Assembly: GCA_964016885.1 (NCBI GenBank)
Contig: CAXHJY010000376.1
Location: 10,012 to 74,011 of the forward strand
Length of the DNA: 64,000 bases
Origin: Eledone cirrhosa
Lineage: Eukaryota
Reading direction: 5' to 3'
Made by a program: the position numbers and the translations under genes. The notes beneath the pieces are model-generated. The model was given only the letters and a program-made list of their open reading frames with translations, did no database searches and was not told the DNA's origin. Below are positions 15,621 to 30,474 of this stretch, in pieces; the stretch's first letter is position 1, and each line of letters starts with the position of its first letter.

Positions 15621-17440
15621 ATTAATTCCTGTCGCTTATTTAATAGGATATCCTTAGATTTCATTATTTCAAATAGTTCTTGGGAACACAATCTACATTC
15701 ATTTCTATTATTTTGATAAGGGGTGGCTCTTTTGAGCACACTCCAGGTCATATCATATTCTATATTCTTATTTCTATAACTATTAATTTTTTCTGCTAGA
15801 GATGTTGTATTAGCCAATGCGGCATTTTTAAAACTATGTTTGTGGGTATTAAACCTTACCTTAAAATTGTTAGAAGTAGCTCCTATATATGAGCAAATAG
15901 AATCTTTAGTTTTAACTTTACATTTATAAACTATGTTGTTAACAAGACAATTTCCTTTTAATGGGCAGTTTGCTTTGTTTCTACAGTTACAACCTTTCGT
16001 TAATTCTGTATTTGAGGAGATATTATGGTTAGTTTGATGTATTGGTGGTATACTTATGGTTTTTTTTTACATTTATATGCATTATAGGCACTTATATTTT
16101 GTTTTATGTTTTTGGTTGTTGAGTATGAGAATTTAACTGTTGATCTATTTAAGATTTGATGGTATTTGTGGTTTGGCGGGAAGTTTTTCTCTAGGATATT
16201 AAAAATTTTTTTAGCTATATTATCCTTAATTTGTAAATTAAATGGAGCATTATACCAAGTAACTCGTCTATTACGGTTTCTATGTTGTTTATTGTTTTTA
16301 TAGGATGCATCGTGATGTTTACTAGGAGGATTAATGTTAATGACCTCACCACGCACATTTTTAGTTAGATTTATTGATTTAGGTGTTTTAGCTTGTTTAT
16401 TAGGAGTTTTATTATTAACATTTATTAGAGTTGTATGATGAGTAGTTTTTTGAGAGTTACTATATTAGAGGAGTTAGAGAAATTTGGTTTTATGTTGGTA
16501 TTTTGGGGTAATGTGTGAGTGGCATTTAGGTGTGTACTTTTCATTTGGTGTTTGTTGGTAATATTAGGTTGTATGTTTATAGTGTTATTAGTAGAAGGTA
16601 TATATTCCAATCTATTTTTGTGGCCACTTCTATCTAGAGCTTCGTTATAGAAGGTCGCATTTTTATCAAATACATCTTGGTTAGACGAAAGGTTAGAAAT
16701 TCTAAGTGATATATTGTATGCAAGGTTTTTAAGGATAGATTTAGGGTGATTAGATTGTGAGTGTATGTAGTGTAAGTTTTGGTTGGGTTTATGGTAAGGT
16801 TGGTAGATACCCGTAGCTAAGTCTAAAGTTATATCTAGGAAATTAACTACTTTACTTGTGTTTTCAAAAGTAATATGAAGACTATAATAGTCTTTAAGGA
16901 AAGTTCTAATAAGCTTTTTGTTTTTTTCTATTTCTGAGAGGCTAAGGTTGTTGGAAAGAAGAAGACAGTCATCACGATATAAACCACCTTTAAGGTGGGG
17001 AAAGGAAGCATTTATGTTAAAAAGAAGAAAGAGGCCCACAAGATCAGTAATTTGGGCAGAATCGCTTGAACCCATAGTAATATCAAATAGATTACTATAT
17101 GTGTTTCTGGTCCAGTATTCATTCTGAAATTCAATAAGTGTTAGTCTAGCATGTGTAATAATATTAATGTCATGCAAAGTTAAGTTAGATCTATTTTTAG
17201 CAAATATCAAAGCTTTGTTCAGGAGTATAGGTGATATAGAAGAATAGTAATTATCTATATCAAATTGTAGAAATGAAGCAGAAGATTTACATCTAATATT
17301 TTTAAACCAGTTAATTACCTGGGAAGTGTTTTCCCAGAGTGGTAAATTAACATCTTTTCTTATTTGTGGGATGACTCTATCCAAAATTTTTTTGCTAATT
17401 ATTCCAATATCAGATTTGGAGGGACATATATGTCTTATGT
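15566..17440 (-). pseudogene. Frameshifted RT + GIY-YIG polyprotein of PLE 1
   Basis: Pieces 16425-17440, 16054-16356 and 15566 to about 16050 lie in different frames; the N-terminus is missing. Confidence 0.88.
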
Positions 17441-17445
17441 ATATA

Positions 17446-17488
<43 letters not shown>

Positions 17489-17739
17489 GTATATATATAT
17501 GTATATGTATATATATATGTATATATGTATATATATGTATATATGTATATATGTATATATATATATATGTATATATATATGTATATATATATGTATGTAT
17601 ATATATATGTATATATATATGTATATATATATGTATATATATATATGTATATATATATATGTATATATATATATGTATATATATATATGTATATATATAT
17701 GTATATATATATGTATATATATATATGTATATATATATG

Positions 17740-17818
<79 letters not shown>

Positions 17819-17955
17819 GTATATATATGTATATATATATATATGTATATATATGTATATATATATATATGTATATATATGTATATATATATATATGTAT
17901 ATATATGTATATATATATATATGTATATATATGTATATATATATGTATATATATG

Positions 17956-18015
<60 letters not shown>

Positions 18016-18023
18016 TGTATATG

Positions 18024-18072
<49 letters not shown>

Positions 18073-18073
18073 G

Positions 18074-18140
<67 letters not shown>

Positions 18141-18669
18141 GTATATATATATGTATATATATATGTATATATGTATATGTATATGTATATATATATGTAT
18201 ATGTATATGTATATATATATGTATATGTATATATATATGTATATGTATATATATATGTATATATATATGTATGTATATATATATGTATGTATATATATAT
18301 ATATGTATATGTATATATATATGTATATATATATATATATGTATGTATATATATATATATGTATATGTATATATATATGTATATATATGTATATATATAT
18401 GTATATATATATATATGTATATGTATATATATATGTATATATATATATATGTATGTATATATATATATATGTATGTATATATATATATATATGTATATAT
18501 ATATGTATGTATATATATATATATGTATATATGTATATATATATGTATATATGTATATATATATGTATATATGTATATATATATGTATATATATATGTAT
18601 ATATATATGTATATATATATGTATATATATATGTATATATATATGTATATATATATGTATATATATATG

Positions 18670-18700
<31 letters not shown>

Positions 18701-18741
18701 GTATATATATATGTATATATATATATATGTATATATATATG

Positions 18742-18774
<33 letters not shown>

Positions 18775-18799
18775 GTATATATATATGTATATATATATG

Positions 18800-18846
<47 letters not shown>

Positions 18847-18871
18847 GTATATATATATGTATATATATATG

Positions 18872-18918
<47 letters not shown>

Positions 18919-18931
18919 GTATATATATATG

Positions 18932-18978
<47 letters not shown>

Positions 18979-18979
18979 G

Positions 18980-19010
<31 letters not shown>

Positions 19011-19045
19011 GTATATATGTATATATATATGTATATATATATATG

Positions 19046-19110
<65 letters not shown>

Positions 19111-19137
19111 GTATATATATATATGTATATATATATG

Positions 19138-19204
<67 letters not shown>

Positions 19205-19380
19205 GTATATATGTATATATGTATGTATATATGTATATATGTATGTATATATATATGTATATATGTATATATATATGTATGTATATATATATGTATGTGT
19301 ATATATGTGTATGTATATATATATGTATGTGTATATATGTATATGTATATATATGTATGTATATGTATATATATGTATGT

Positions 19381-19414
<34 letters not shown>

Positions 19415-19524
19415 GTATATATGTATGTATGTATATATATGTATGTATGTATATATGTATGTATGTATGTATATATGTATGTATGTATGTATATATATGT
19501 ATGTATGTATATATATATGTATGT

Positions 19525-19558
<34 letters not shown>

Positions 19559-19580
19559 GTATATATATGTATGTATGTAT

Positions 19581-19614
<34 letters not shown>

Positions 19615-19615
19615 G

Positions 19616-19673
<58 letters not shown>

Positions 19674-19754
19674 TATATGTATGTATATATATATATGTAT
19701 GTATATATATATGTATGTATATATATATATGTATGTATATATATATATGTATGT

Positions 19755-19788
<34 letters not shown>

Positions 19789-19810
19789 GTATATATATAT
19801 ATATGTATGT

Positions 19811-19844
<34 letters not shown>

Positions 19845-21406
19845 GTATATATATATATATGTATGTATGTGTATATATGTATATATATATATATGTATGT
19901 GTATATATGTATATATATATATATGTATGTGTATATATGTATATATATATATATATGTATGTATATATATGTATATATATATATATGTATGTGTATATAT
20001 ATGTATGTATATATATGTATATATATATATATGTATGTGTATATATGTATATATATATATATGTATGTATATATATATATATATATGTATGTATATATAT
20101 ATATATATATGTATGTATATATATGTATATATATATATATGTATGTATATATATGTATATATATATATATGTATGTATATATATGTATATATATATATAT
20201 ATGTGTATGTATATATATATATACATATATATATGTATGTATATATATATATACATATATATATGTATGTATATATATATATACATATATATATGTATGT
20301 ATATATATGTATATACATATATATATATGTATGTATATATATATACATATATATATATGTATGTATATATATATATGCATATATATGTGTGTATGTATGT
20401 ATATGTATACATATATGTATGTGTATGTGTGTGTATATATACATATATGTGTATGTGTGTATATATATATATGTGTGTGTGTGTATATATATATACGTAT
20501 ATATATATGTATGTATATATATATACATATATGTATGTGTATGTATATATATATATGTGTATGTATGTATATATATATATGCATATATGTGTGTGTATGT
20601 ATATATATGTATATATGCATATATATGTATGTATGTATATATATATACATATATGTATGTATGTATATATATATACATATATATATGTATGTATATATAT
20701 ATACATATATATATGTATGTATATATATATATACATATGTGTGTGTGTATGTATGTATATATACATATATATATGTGTATGTATATATATATACATATAT
20801 ATATATGTATGTATATATATGTGTATATATGTATATGTATGTATATATATATATATACACATATATATGTGTGTATGTATATATATATACATATATATAT
20901 ATGTATGTGTATATGTATACATATTATGTATATGTATGTATTAATATATATACATGTATATGTATGTATATGTATATACATATATATATGTATGTGTATG
21001 TATGTACATGTATGTGTGTATGTATATATATATATACATATATGTATGTATGTGTGTATATACATATATGTATGTATGTGTATATATGTGCATATATATA
21101 TGTATGTATATATATATGCATATATATATGTATGTATATATATATACATATATATATATGTATGTATATATATACATATATATATGTATATACATATATA
21201 TATGTATATATATGTATATACATATATATATGTATATATATGTATGTATATATATATACATATATATATATGTATGTATATATATACATATATGTATGTA
21301 TATACATATATATATGTGTGTATATATATATACATGTATATATATATATATGTGCATATATATATGTATGTATATATATATATATATACGTGTGTATATA
21401 TGTATG

Positions 21407-21437
<31 letters not shown>

Positions 21438-22031
21438 GTATGTATATATATATATATATGTATGTATATATATATATATATGTATGTATGTATATATATA
21501 TATATGTATATATATATGTGTGTGTGTATATATATACATATGTATGTATATATGTACATATGTATGTATATATATATGCATATGTATGTGTGTATATACA
21601 TATGTATATATATACATATGTATGTATATATATGCATATGTGTATGTGTGCATATGTATGTATGTATATATATACATATGTATATATATATATACATATG
21701 TATGTATGTGCATATGTGTGTATATATATGCATATGTATATATATATATACATATGTATGTATATATATGTGTATGTATATATATATGTATATATATATA
21801 TATGTATATATATACATATGTATGTATATATATATATGTATATATACATATGTATGTGTATATATATGTATATATATGCATATGTATGTATATATATATA
21901 CATATGTATATATATATACATATATATATATGTATGTGTATGTATACATATGTATGTGTATATGTGCATATGTATATATGTATATATACATATATATGTA
22001 TGTATATGTATACATATGTATATGTATATGC

Positions 22032-22067
<36 letters not shown>

Positions 22068-22142
22068 ACATATATATATATATATATGTATATGTGTGTG
22101 TATATATACGTGTGTATATATGTATATATATATATGTATATA

Positions 22143-22173
<31 letters not shown>

Positions 22174-22202
22174 GTGTGTATGTATGTATATACATATGTA
22201 TA

Positions 22203-22243
<41 letters not shown>

Positions 22244-22280
22244 GTATGCATATGTATGTGTATGTATGTATATATATACA

Positions 22281-22311
<31 letters not shown>

Positions 22312-22580
22312 ATGTATATATATGTATATATATATGTATGTATGTATATATATACATGTGTATATATATGTATGTATATATGTGTATGTATATGTATGTA
22401 TGTATATATATATATATATGTATGTATGTATATATATATATATATGTATGTATATATATATGTATATGTATGTATGTATATATATGCATATGTATATGTA
22501 TGTATGTATATGTATGTATGTGTATATATGTGTATATGTATGTATATATATACATATGTATATATATGTATATATGTACA

Positions 22581-22612
<32 letters not shown>

Positions 22613-22814
22613 TGTATATATATGTATGTATATATATACATATGTATATGTATGTATGTATATGTATGTATGTGTGTGTATATATGTGTATATGTATGTG
22701 TATATATGTGTGTATATGTATATATGTATATATATATATATGTATATGTATATATATGTGTATGTGTATATATGTATATATATACATATGTATATATATA
22801 TATATACATATATA
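17441..22814. repeat. 5.4-kb microsatellite; TATG polarity to about 20220, then mixed TATG/CATA (CATATG-rich)
   Basis: Direct reading. Confidence 0.98.
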
Positions 22815-22873
22815 AAAAAAAATATATATATATTGAAATACTTAACTAAAACACACACACACTCAAAACTAGA

Positions 22874-24058
22874 ATGGCTAACCAGCAAAAATCCAAACAG
22901 AACTGGTCTGATAATGAAATCGACATTCTAATAAACACATGGCATTGCCTTTCCCAAACAGAAAATATAGATGCTTCATCTCTGAACGACATTGCTAAAC
23001 GTACAGTTCAATTTTTGAAAACTCGATCTGAACAACAGATTCAAAATAAATTAAAGCAAATCGAAATTGCTTTTAAATTAATCAATAAACATTTGGATAA
23101 ACTACGGTGTGTTTTCTCTTCGAATGCTGTCCAGCAGCAGCAACAACAACAACAGCAGCTACAACAGCAACAACAACAACAACAGCAGCTACAACAGCAA
23201 CAACAACAACAGCTACAACAACAACATCAACAACAGCTACAACAACAACATCAACAACAGCAACAACAACAGTGTGAACCACTCCTTGATTCATCAACAA
23301 TGGCCGATCTACTAAATGAAACTATTGACCCCCCAGTAGCCTCTGTCTCACAGCATGAAACGCCACATCCTTTCTCTGGCCCAGCAGTCCAATCATCACC
23401 ACTGCCAACATCTCTGCCTACTACTACTACTACAACATTTTTGTCTACTGCTATGTCAAGGAATTTACCTTCTAATACCAGAACAAGAACTCTCCCTCCC
23501 ACAGTCCACAAAGGTCGTCAAATCCTACCCAAACCATCATCTACACCTCTCACAACACCCACACCCATATACCCACCCACTCGAAACCCCATCATTTGCC
23601 GCTACTCTCTACGCTATAGAATATGTACGGATAGTGGCTGCAAATTCACCCATTTACCTAGGACAAAACGATCTATCCCCACAAACAGCCACCACCATAA
23701 TACATACTCTAATTTAACACCAACACAACCACCAATAACTCAAACAAGGAATCCACAAATCTGCCGTTTTTCCCTGCGAGACAGATTGTGTTTAGACCGG
23801 GATTGTCCCTTTACCCATCTCCCGGGGACCCGTCGGATAAATGAAAATAAAATTAAAAATAAAAGCAAAAACAAAAACCATAACCTACATAAAAATAACC
23901 ACTACCACAGTCACCAACAGTCTTCTAAACAGGAAACTTCTTCCTCTTTTTTAGCCATAATGAATCTGGCAAAAGAACTGGAAAAAAACATTCGAGCTAT
24001 CACCCAGCACCACCCTCCACTATCACCCCACTGCACAAACTCCCATTGCTGCCATTAA
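22874..24058 (+). CDS. LINE ORF1: Myb/SANT-like N-terminus, polyQ, Pro/Thr-rich linker, two CCCH-like fingers
   Basis: 394-aa ATG-initiated ORF: [14 protein letters not shown]...[10 protein letters not shown]; Q-tract at 23132-23272; [19 protein letters not shown] and [19 protein letters not shown]. Confidence 0.82.
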   Translation: MANQQKSKQNWSDNEIDILINTWHCLSQTENIDASSLNDIAKRTVQFLKTRSEQQIQNKLKQIEIAFKLINKHLDKLRCVFSSNAVQQQQQQQQQLQQQQQQQQQLQQQQQQQLQQQHQQQLQQQHQQQQQQQCEPLLDSSTMADLLNETIDPPVASVSQHETPHPFSGPAVQSSPLPTSLPTTTTTTFLSTAMSRNLPSNTRTRTLPPTVHKGRQILPKPSSTPLTTPTPIYPPTRNPIICRYSLRYRICTDSGCKFTHLPRTKRSIPTNSHHHNTYSNLTPTQPPITQTRNPQICRFSLRDRLCLDRDCPFTHLPGTRRINENKIKNKSKNKNHNLHKNNHYHSHQQSSKQETSSSFLAIMNLAKELEKNIRAITQHHPPLSPHCTNSHCCH

Positions 24059-27000
24059 CAAACAAACAAATTAACAACACACCAAAACAATTAAAACCAT
24101 CCACTCTCGCCTCTACATTTTTGCTTAACGCCCAAGGCATCAGCCCTTCCACCAATACTCAAAAATGGAAGATCAAATTCCTGGAGGACTGGATTGATGT
24201 CCATCCAAACCACATCCCTTTCTTCGTCCTCACTGAAACCCATCTCAGTAACCTCCACTTGGAAGCCGAGGTGAAAGTGAAAAATTTCAAAGCCATCCGT
24301 GCTGATCGCGCTGGCAGAAGAAAGGGCGGAACTGCCATTTATGTCCATAATTCTTTCTCAACAGAGGCTATGAACATATTCACTAATGGATACTGTGAGG
24401 CAGTCACTGTATTCAGTCAAACCAACAACCTATTAGTAGTTGGGCTCTATAGGCCACCCCAAACGCCTGTACCATGCTTCAAGGAATGCCTCAACAGCAT
24501 AAAGTGTTTCATCCAAGAGTGTCACCCTGACAACATCTTAATGATGGGGGACTTCAACCTCCCCGGAGTTGACTGGTCCACAAACACCCTGCCACCAGGT
24601 TCTTCTGCCTCAACCTCTGACAGGGAAGCTGTGGAATCGCTTCTTGACTTCATGGATGATTTCTTCCTATCCCAACTAGTGCTCGAACCAACGAGGTGCC
24701 ACAAAAACGTCCTAGACTTAATTTTCAGCAATCACACTGACAATATCCACAATATTGCAGTGGAGAAAACTCTACTCTCTGATCATGACATGGTTCTCTG
24801 TGATCTGAGATTCCACCGTCCAATATACAAACCCAATGTCATTTCTCCTGTCCATCCGTTTGACGCTATGGATTTCCACAATGCAAACTGGGAAGCGATC
24901 AGTCATGATCTTGCACATGTCGACTGGTCCTTCACGCACACTCATACACCCACTAACATCAAAAAGTCCTGGCAGACATTTGTGGACACTGTTACAAACA
25001 TATGTGCTAAACACACCCCATTAAGAACTATAAACAAATCTAAGAGCAGAATCCCTAGAAATAGAAAAACGCTCATCAGAAAAATTAAGAGAACGAACAA
25101 AAAAATCAACAATCTGAAATACTGTCAGCAGCAACACATCAACTTGACTGCCATTTCATCACTAGAGATTAAAAAACATAACCTCCAAAACAACATAATG
25201 TCCCTCATCAACAATCAGAGAAGAGCTGAAGAGGCCTGGGCCATTGAGAAGATCAAACTCAATCCCAAAGTGTTCTTTTCATTTGCAAAAAAACACAAAA
25301 TCACTGGCTCTACTGTTGGCCCTCTAATTGATGAAAATGGCACTCTTCAAGACAATGCTAAAACTATGGGTGAGATACTGCAGAAACAATACTGCTCTGT
25401 TTTCAGCAATCCTGATATGGCCGATCTGGGCTGTATCGGCGATGTTACTCCCCATTACACCTTATCGGACATAACGTTTGGCGCCCCTGATGTCTTGGCG
25501 GCAATAAAGGAAATCAAGCATAATTCAGCAGTAGGTCCCGATAGGTTCCCTGCTTGTGTCTTGAAGGCGTGTCAACACCAACTTGCTTCTCCTCTTGCCA
25601 ATCTGTGGCGGAACTCACTGGATGCTGGATATGTGCCAGAAAACCTTCTATCCCAGTCTGTTGTCCCAGTTTTCAAAAAGGGAAACAAATCCCTTGCCGT
25701 GAATTACCGTCCAATCTCACTCACCTCTCATATCATTAAGGTATTTGAGCGAGTGGTGAGATCGCGAATGACCCACTTCCTTGAGAGTAACAATATGCTG
25801 AACTCCAACCAGCATGGATTCCGTAATGGAAGGGATTGCCTGACGCAACTACTGCATCACTTTGATGACATTTTGAGAGCCTTGGGAGAGGGTTCCAACA
25901 CTGATGTTATCTACCTTGATTTCAGCAAGGCCTTTGACAGGGTTGATCATAACATTCTACTGAGAAAGCTGTCCAATATTGGTGTCACTGGAAAGCTGCT
26001 GCAGTGGATCAAGAGCTTCCTGTCAAACAGAACCCAACATGTTGTAGTTGAGGGAGTCAAATCAAGCCCAGCCAAAGTCAGTAGTGGAGTCCCACAAGGC
26101 ACTGTGTTGGGCCCACTTCTCTTCATCATCTATATTAATGACATCACTGACATCATCAAACACAGCAACATTAAAATTTTCGCTGATGATTCCAAGCTCC
26201 AAAAGGTCATCAATGGCGTGGATGACCGGATAAGCCTTCAGTCAGACCTACTGGCTGTTACCCAATGGGCAGAAAAGAACAACATGTTACTGAACGAAGA
26301 CAAATTCGAACTGATCCACTTTGGAAAAGAGGATGCTCTGAAACTCCCGTACTCCCTTCCCTCCGGGGAAACTCTCGTGGCATCTAACAACATCAGAGAC
26401 TTGGGAGTAACCGTGGACAGCAACATAAGCTGGACCACGCATATAAGCAGCAAAGTTGACATGGCCCGCAGAATGTGTTCCTGGATCCTCAGAACCTTCC
26501 AGTCGAGAGATTCCCGCACCATTATCCTTCTCTTCTCTACTTTCGCCCGACCACACCTTGAATACTGTTGTCCACTGTGGTCTCCCCACACGAAACAAAG
26601 TATCATGAAACTTGAAGCTCCTCAAAGGGCAATCACGAAAAAGATAGATGGCATGTCAGACCTTGACTACTGGGGTCGATTGGAAAACCTGAAACTTTAC
26701 TCACTCCAACGTCGCCGTGAGCGTTATATTATCTGCATGATGTGGAAAATGTTCCATCATCACTGCCCAAATGATGTTGGCATCGCCTTCAAGATACACC
26801 CAAGGCTTGGGCCCCGTGCTATCCGTCCCATTCAAAAATCTAAATCGCAACTCATAACAACAATACGGCACAATTATTTCACCTCAATCGGCCCTGCTCT
26901 CTTCAACATCACACCAGGACACGTCAAAACAGAAACTGACCACACAAAATTCAAGAAGTCTTTGGACAAATTCCTCCAAGTAATCCCGGACAAACCACCC

Positions 27001-27066
27001 ACACCCGGATATGTCTCCGCAAACAGTAATTCTGTTCTCGAATGGGCCATGGTGCCCAAATTCTGA
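24046..27066 (+). CDS. LINE ORF2: APE endonuclease + reverse transcriptase, intact
   Basis: LTETHL, GLYRPP, MGDFNLP, LDLIFSN, SDH (APE); [32 protein letters not shown] (RT). No ATG upstream of the endonuclease motifs; the frame is open from 23929. Confidence 0.95.
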   Translation: MLPLTNKQINNTPKQLKPSTLASTFLLNAQGISPSTNTQKWKIKFLEDWIDVHPNHIPFFVLTETHLSNLHLEAEVKVKNFKAIRADRAGRRKGGTAIYVHNSFSTEAMNIFTNGYCEAVTVFSQTNNLLVVGLYRPPQTPVPCFKECLNSIKCFIQECHPDNILMMGDFNLPGVDWSTNTLPPGSSASTSDREAVESLLDFMDDFFLSQLVLEPTRCHKNVLDLIFSNHTDNIHNIAVEKTLLSDHDMVLCDLRFHRPIYKPNVISPVHPFDAMDFHNANWEAISHDLAHVDWSFTHTHTPTNIKKSWQTFVDTVTNICAKHTPLRTINKSKSRIPRNRKTLIRKIKRTNKKINNLKYCQQQHINLTAISSLEIKKHNLQNNIMSLINNQRRAEEAWAIEKIKLNPKVFFSFAKKHKITGSTVGPLIDENGTLQDNAKTMGEILQKQYCSVFSNPDMADLGCIGDVTPHYTLSDITFGAPDVLAAIKEIKHNSAVGPDRFPACVLKACQHQLASPLANLWRNSLDAGYVPENLLSQSVVPVFKKGNKSLAVNYRPISLTSHIIKVFERVVRSRMTHFLESNNMLNSNQHGFRNGRDCLTQLLHHFDDILRALGEGSNTDVIYLDFSKAFDRVDHNILLRKLSNIGVTGKLLQWIKSFLSNRTQHVVVEGVKSSPAKVSSGVPQGTVLGPLLFIIYINDITDIIKHSNIKIFADDSKLQKVINGVDDRISLQSDLLAVTQWAEKNNMLLNEDKFELIHFGKEDALKLPYSLPSGETLVASNNIRDLGVTVDSNISWTTHISSKVDMARRMCSWILRTFQSRDSRTIILLFSTFARPHLEYCCPLWSPHTKQSIMKLEAPQRAITKKIDGMSDLDYWGRLENLKLYSLQRRRERYIICMMWKMFHHHCPNDVGIAFKIHPRLGPRAIRPIQKSKSQLITTIRHNYFTSIGPALFNITPGHVKTETDHTKFKKSLDKFLQVIPDKPPTPGYVSANSNSVLEWAMVPKF

Positions 27067-27153
27067 ATTGAAAGACTTCGCCAGGTGGTGCTATTAAGTT
27101 AGACATGGCCTGGGCCAATACTGGCCAAAACATTTCAAAGTTATTCAAAGTTA

Positions 27154-27155
27154 TA

Positions 27156-27186
<31 letters not shown>

Positions 27187-27222
27187 ATGTGTGTGTATAT
27201 ATATATATATGTATATACATAT

Positions 27223-27291
<69 letters not shown>

Positions 27292-27339
27292 TATGTGTAT
27301 ATATATATGTATATATATATATATATGTATATATATATG

Positions 27340-27371
<32 letters not shown>

Positions 27372-27519
27372 TATATATGTGTATATATATATGTATATAT
27401 ATATATATATATATATGTGTGTATGTATATATATGTATATATATGTGTATATATATGTATATGTATATATGTATATATATGTGTATGTATATATATATAT
27501 ATATGTATGTATGTGTATG

Positions 27520-27550
<31 letters not shown>

Positions 27551-27593
27551 GTATATATATGTGTATGTATATATATATGTATGTATGTGTATG

Positions 27594-27624
<31 letters not shown>

Positions 27625-27773
27625 GTATATATATGTGTATGTGTATGTATGTATATATGTATGTGTATGTATGTGTGTATGTATATGTATGTGTGTGTAT
27701 ATATGTATATATATGTGTATATGTATATGTATATATATATGTGTATATGTGTGTGTGTATATATATATGTATG

Positions 27774-27804
<31 letters not shown>

Positions 27805-27948
27805 ATATATATATGTATATATATATATGTATGTGTATGTATGTATGTGTGTATGTATGTATATATGTATATATGTATATGTGTATATACATATGTATGT
27901 ATATATATATATATATATACATATGTATATATATATATATATATATAC

Positions 27949-27984
<36 letters not shown>

Positions 27985-28063
27985 ACATATGTATATATAT
28001 ATATATATATATATACATATGTATATATACATATGTATGTATATGTGTATATGTATGTATATG

Positions 28064-28096
<33 letters not shown>

Positions 28097-29468
28097 GTGT
28101 ATATATATACATATGTATATGTGTATGTATATATATATATATATGCATATGTGTGTGTATGTGTGTATGTATATATATATATATATGTATGTATGTGTAT
28201 GTATATGTGTATGTGTATATGTGTATATATGTATGTATGTGTATGTATATGCATGTGTATATATATATATATATACATGTGTGTATGTATGTATATATAT
28301 ATATGTGTGTATATGTGTGTATGCATATGTATATATATATGTATATATATGTATGTATATGTGTGTATGTATATATATGTATATATGTATATATGTATGT
28401 ATATATATATATATATGTATGTATATATGTACATATGTATATATGTGTATATATATATATATGTATGTATATATGTGCATATGTATGTATATATATATAT
28501 ATATGTATATATATGTATATATATATGTATGTGTATATGTGCATGTGTATATATATATATATATGTATATATATGTGTGTATATATATATGTATGTATAT
28601 ATATATGTATATATATACATGTGTATATGTATATATATATATGTGTGTGTATATGTGCATATGTATATATGTATATATATGTATGTATATATATATATAT
28701 ATGTATGTGTGTATGTGCATATGTATATATATATATATATGTATGTATATATATGTATATGTATGTATATGTGTGCATATGTATATGTATATGTATATAT
28801 GTATGTATATATATACATATGTATATATATATATATGTATGTGTGTGTGTACATGTGTATGTGTGTATATACATGTGTGTGTATGTGTATGCATATGTAT
28901 GTATATATGTACATATATATGTATATATGTGTATGTATATACATATATATATGTATGTGTATGTATATATGTATGTATGTATGTATGTATATGTGTGTAT
29001 GTATGTATGTATATATGTATGTATATATGTGTATGTATGTATATATATATATATATGTATGTATATATATATATATATGTATGTATGTGTATGTATATGT
29101 ATGTATGTATGTATATATGTGTGTGTATGTATGTATGTATATATATGTGTATATGTATGTATGTATATATATGTATATATGTATGTATGTATATATATGT
29201 GTATATGTATGTATGTATATATATGTATATATGTATGTATGTATGTATATATGTATATATATGTATGTATGTATATGTATATATATATATGTATGTATGT
29301 ATATATATGTGTGTATGTATGTATGTATGTATATGTGTGTATATATGTATGTATGTATCTATATATGTATGTATGTATCTATATATGTATGTATGTATCT
29401 ATATATGTATGTATGTATGTATATATATGTATGTATATATGTATGTATGTATATATGTATGTATGTAT
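27154..29468. repeat. TATG/TG/CATA degenerate microsatellite
   Basis: Direct reading. Confidence 0.97.
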
Positions 29469-30075
29469 GTCAGGTCACCACTTGGTGCTACTGGTAACAT
29501 GTATCCCAGTACAACCTGTCTCATGGTCGGGTCGTTGGCGACTAAACTGGCAACCCCACTAAGGTTTCTTGGTGAGGAGGGTGACTTTGGACATCCTGCA
29601 GGACTAAAAACAAAACCTGTCAAAGGGCAAAGGAGCTCTTAAGAGTCAATGGCCATCCAAAATCACTGGGAGAGATGACCCCTTAGCCTTTGTCAAGGCA
29701 GAATTCTAGGAGAAGGAAAACTCTGATATAACACCTGCAACCCTGATGGTATCCAATGATGTTGACTTGTTCTTCTTTTTGGTAAATATCATCTTGGTTA
29801 AGAGAGTGGGACTGGCTTTGTGCAGTGCCTTTGCTCACTATAAAAGCTTCACGGCACAGGCATTGCTTTATATCTGGAGATCTCTCTGCACTTGCCGTCA
29901 CATGGTACCATGGGCCCAGCACTATGTGTCAATAATTGTCACAAGTGTAGTGTTTGTACCAGAGTTTTCAAGTCGCTGGCTGGACTAAAATGTCACACTC
30001 GTTCAGCGCATCGGTAGGGGTTCTCCTACATGGATATAAAGTAGTGGCCGTACTCGAAAACGAGTTGGCAGCCAC

Positions 30076-30076
<1 letters not shown>
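29469..30076 (+). mobile_element. Element X, copy 3 (full length, 608 bp)
   Basis: Starts GTCAGGTCACC and ends CAGCCACC, like the copies at 53361 and 40473(-). Confidence 0.94.
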
Positions 30077-30106
<30 letters not shown>

Positions 30107-30136
30107 ATATATATATATGTATGTATATATATGTAT

Positions 30137-30191
<55 letters not shown>

Positions 30192-30212
30192 TATGTATGT
30201 ATATATATGTAT

Positions 30213-30253
<41 letters not shown>

Positions 30254-30474
30254 TATGTATGTATATATATTTATGTATGTATATATATGTATATATATAT
30301 ATGTATGTATATATATATATGTATATATATATATGTATATATATATATGTATATATATATATGTATATATGTATATATATATGTATATGTATATATATGT
30401 ATGTATATGTATGTATGTATGTATATGTATGTATGTATATGTATATGTATGTGTATGTATATATATATATGTAT

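Larger units (their letters stand above)
13631..17440 (-). mobile_element. Penelope-like element (Naiad-type), 5'-truncated, with long 3' region and hammerhead
   Basis: RT ([23 protein letters not shown]), then GIY-YIG with CNC..CPLKGNCL, IVYKC, YIG, CRLC, LNKRQE..CNH; hammerhead downstream. Whether 13631-14560 belongs to the same insertion is inferred. Confidence 0.82.
22815..27153 (+). mobile_element. Apparently full-length CR1-group LINE (ORF1 + ORF2)
   Basis: Two overlapping long ORFs; short 3' UTR ending in (TTCAAAGTTA)x2; microsatellite on both sides. Confidence 0.93.

Noticed and set aside
15566-16050. Selenoprotein-type Naiad (UGA at zinc-binding cysteines)
   Set aside because: Hand translation of the CNC/CPL/CL/CxxC motifs in both PLEs shows ordinary TGT/TGC codons.
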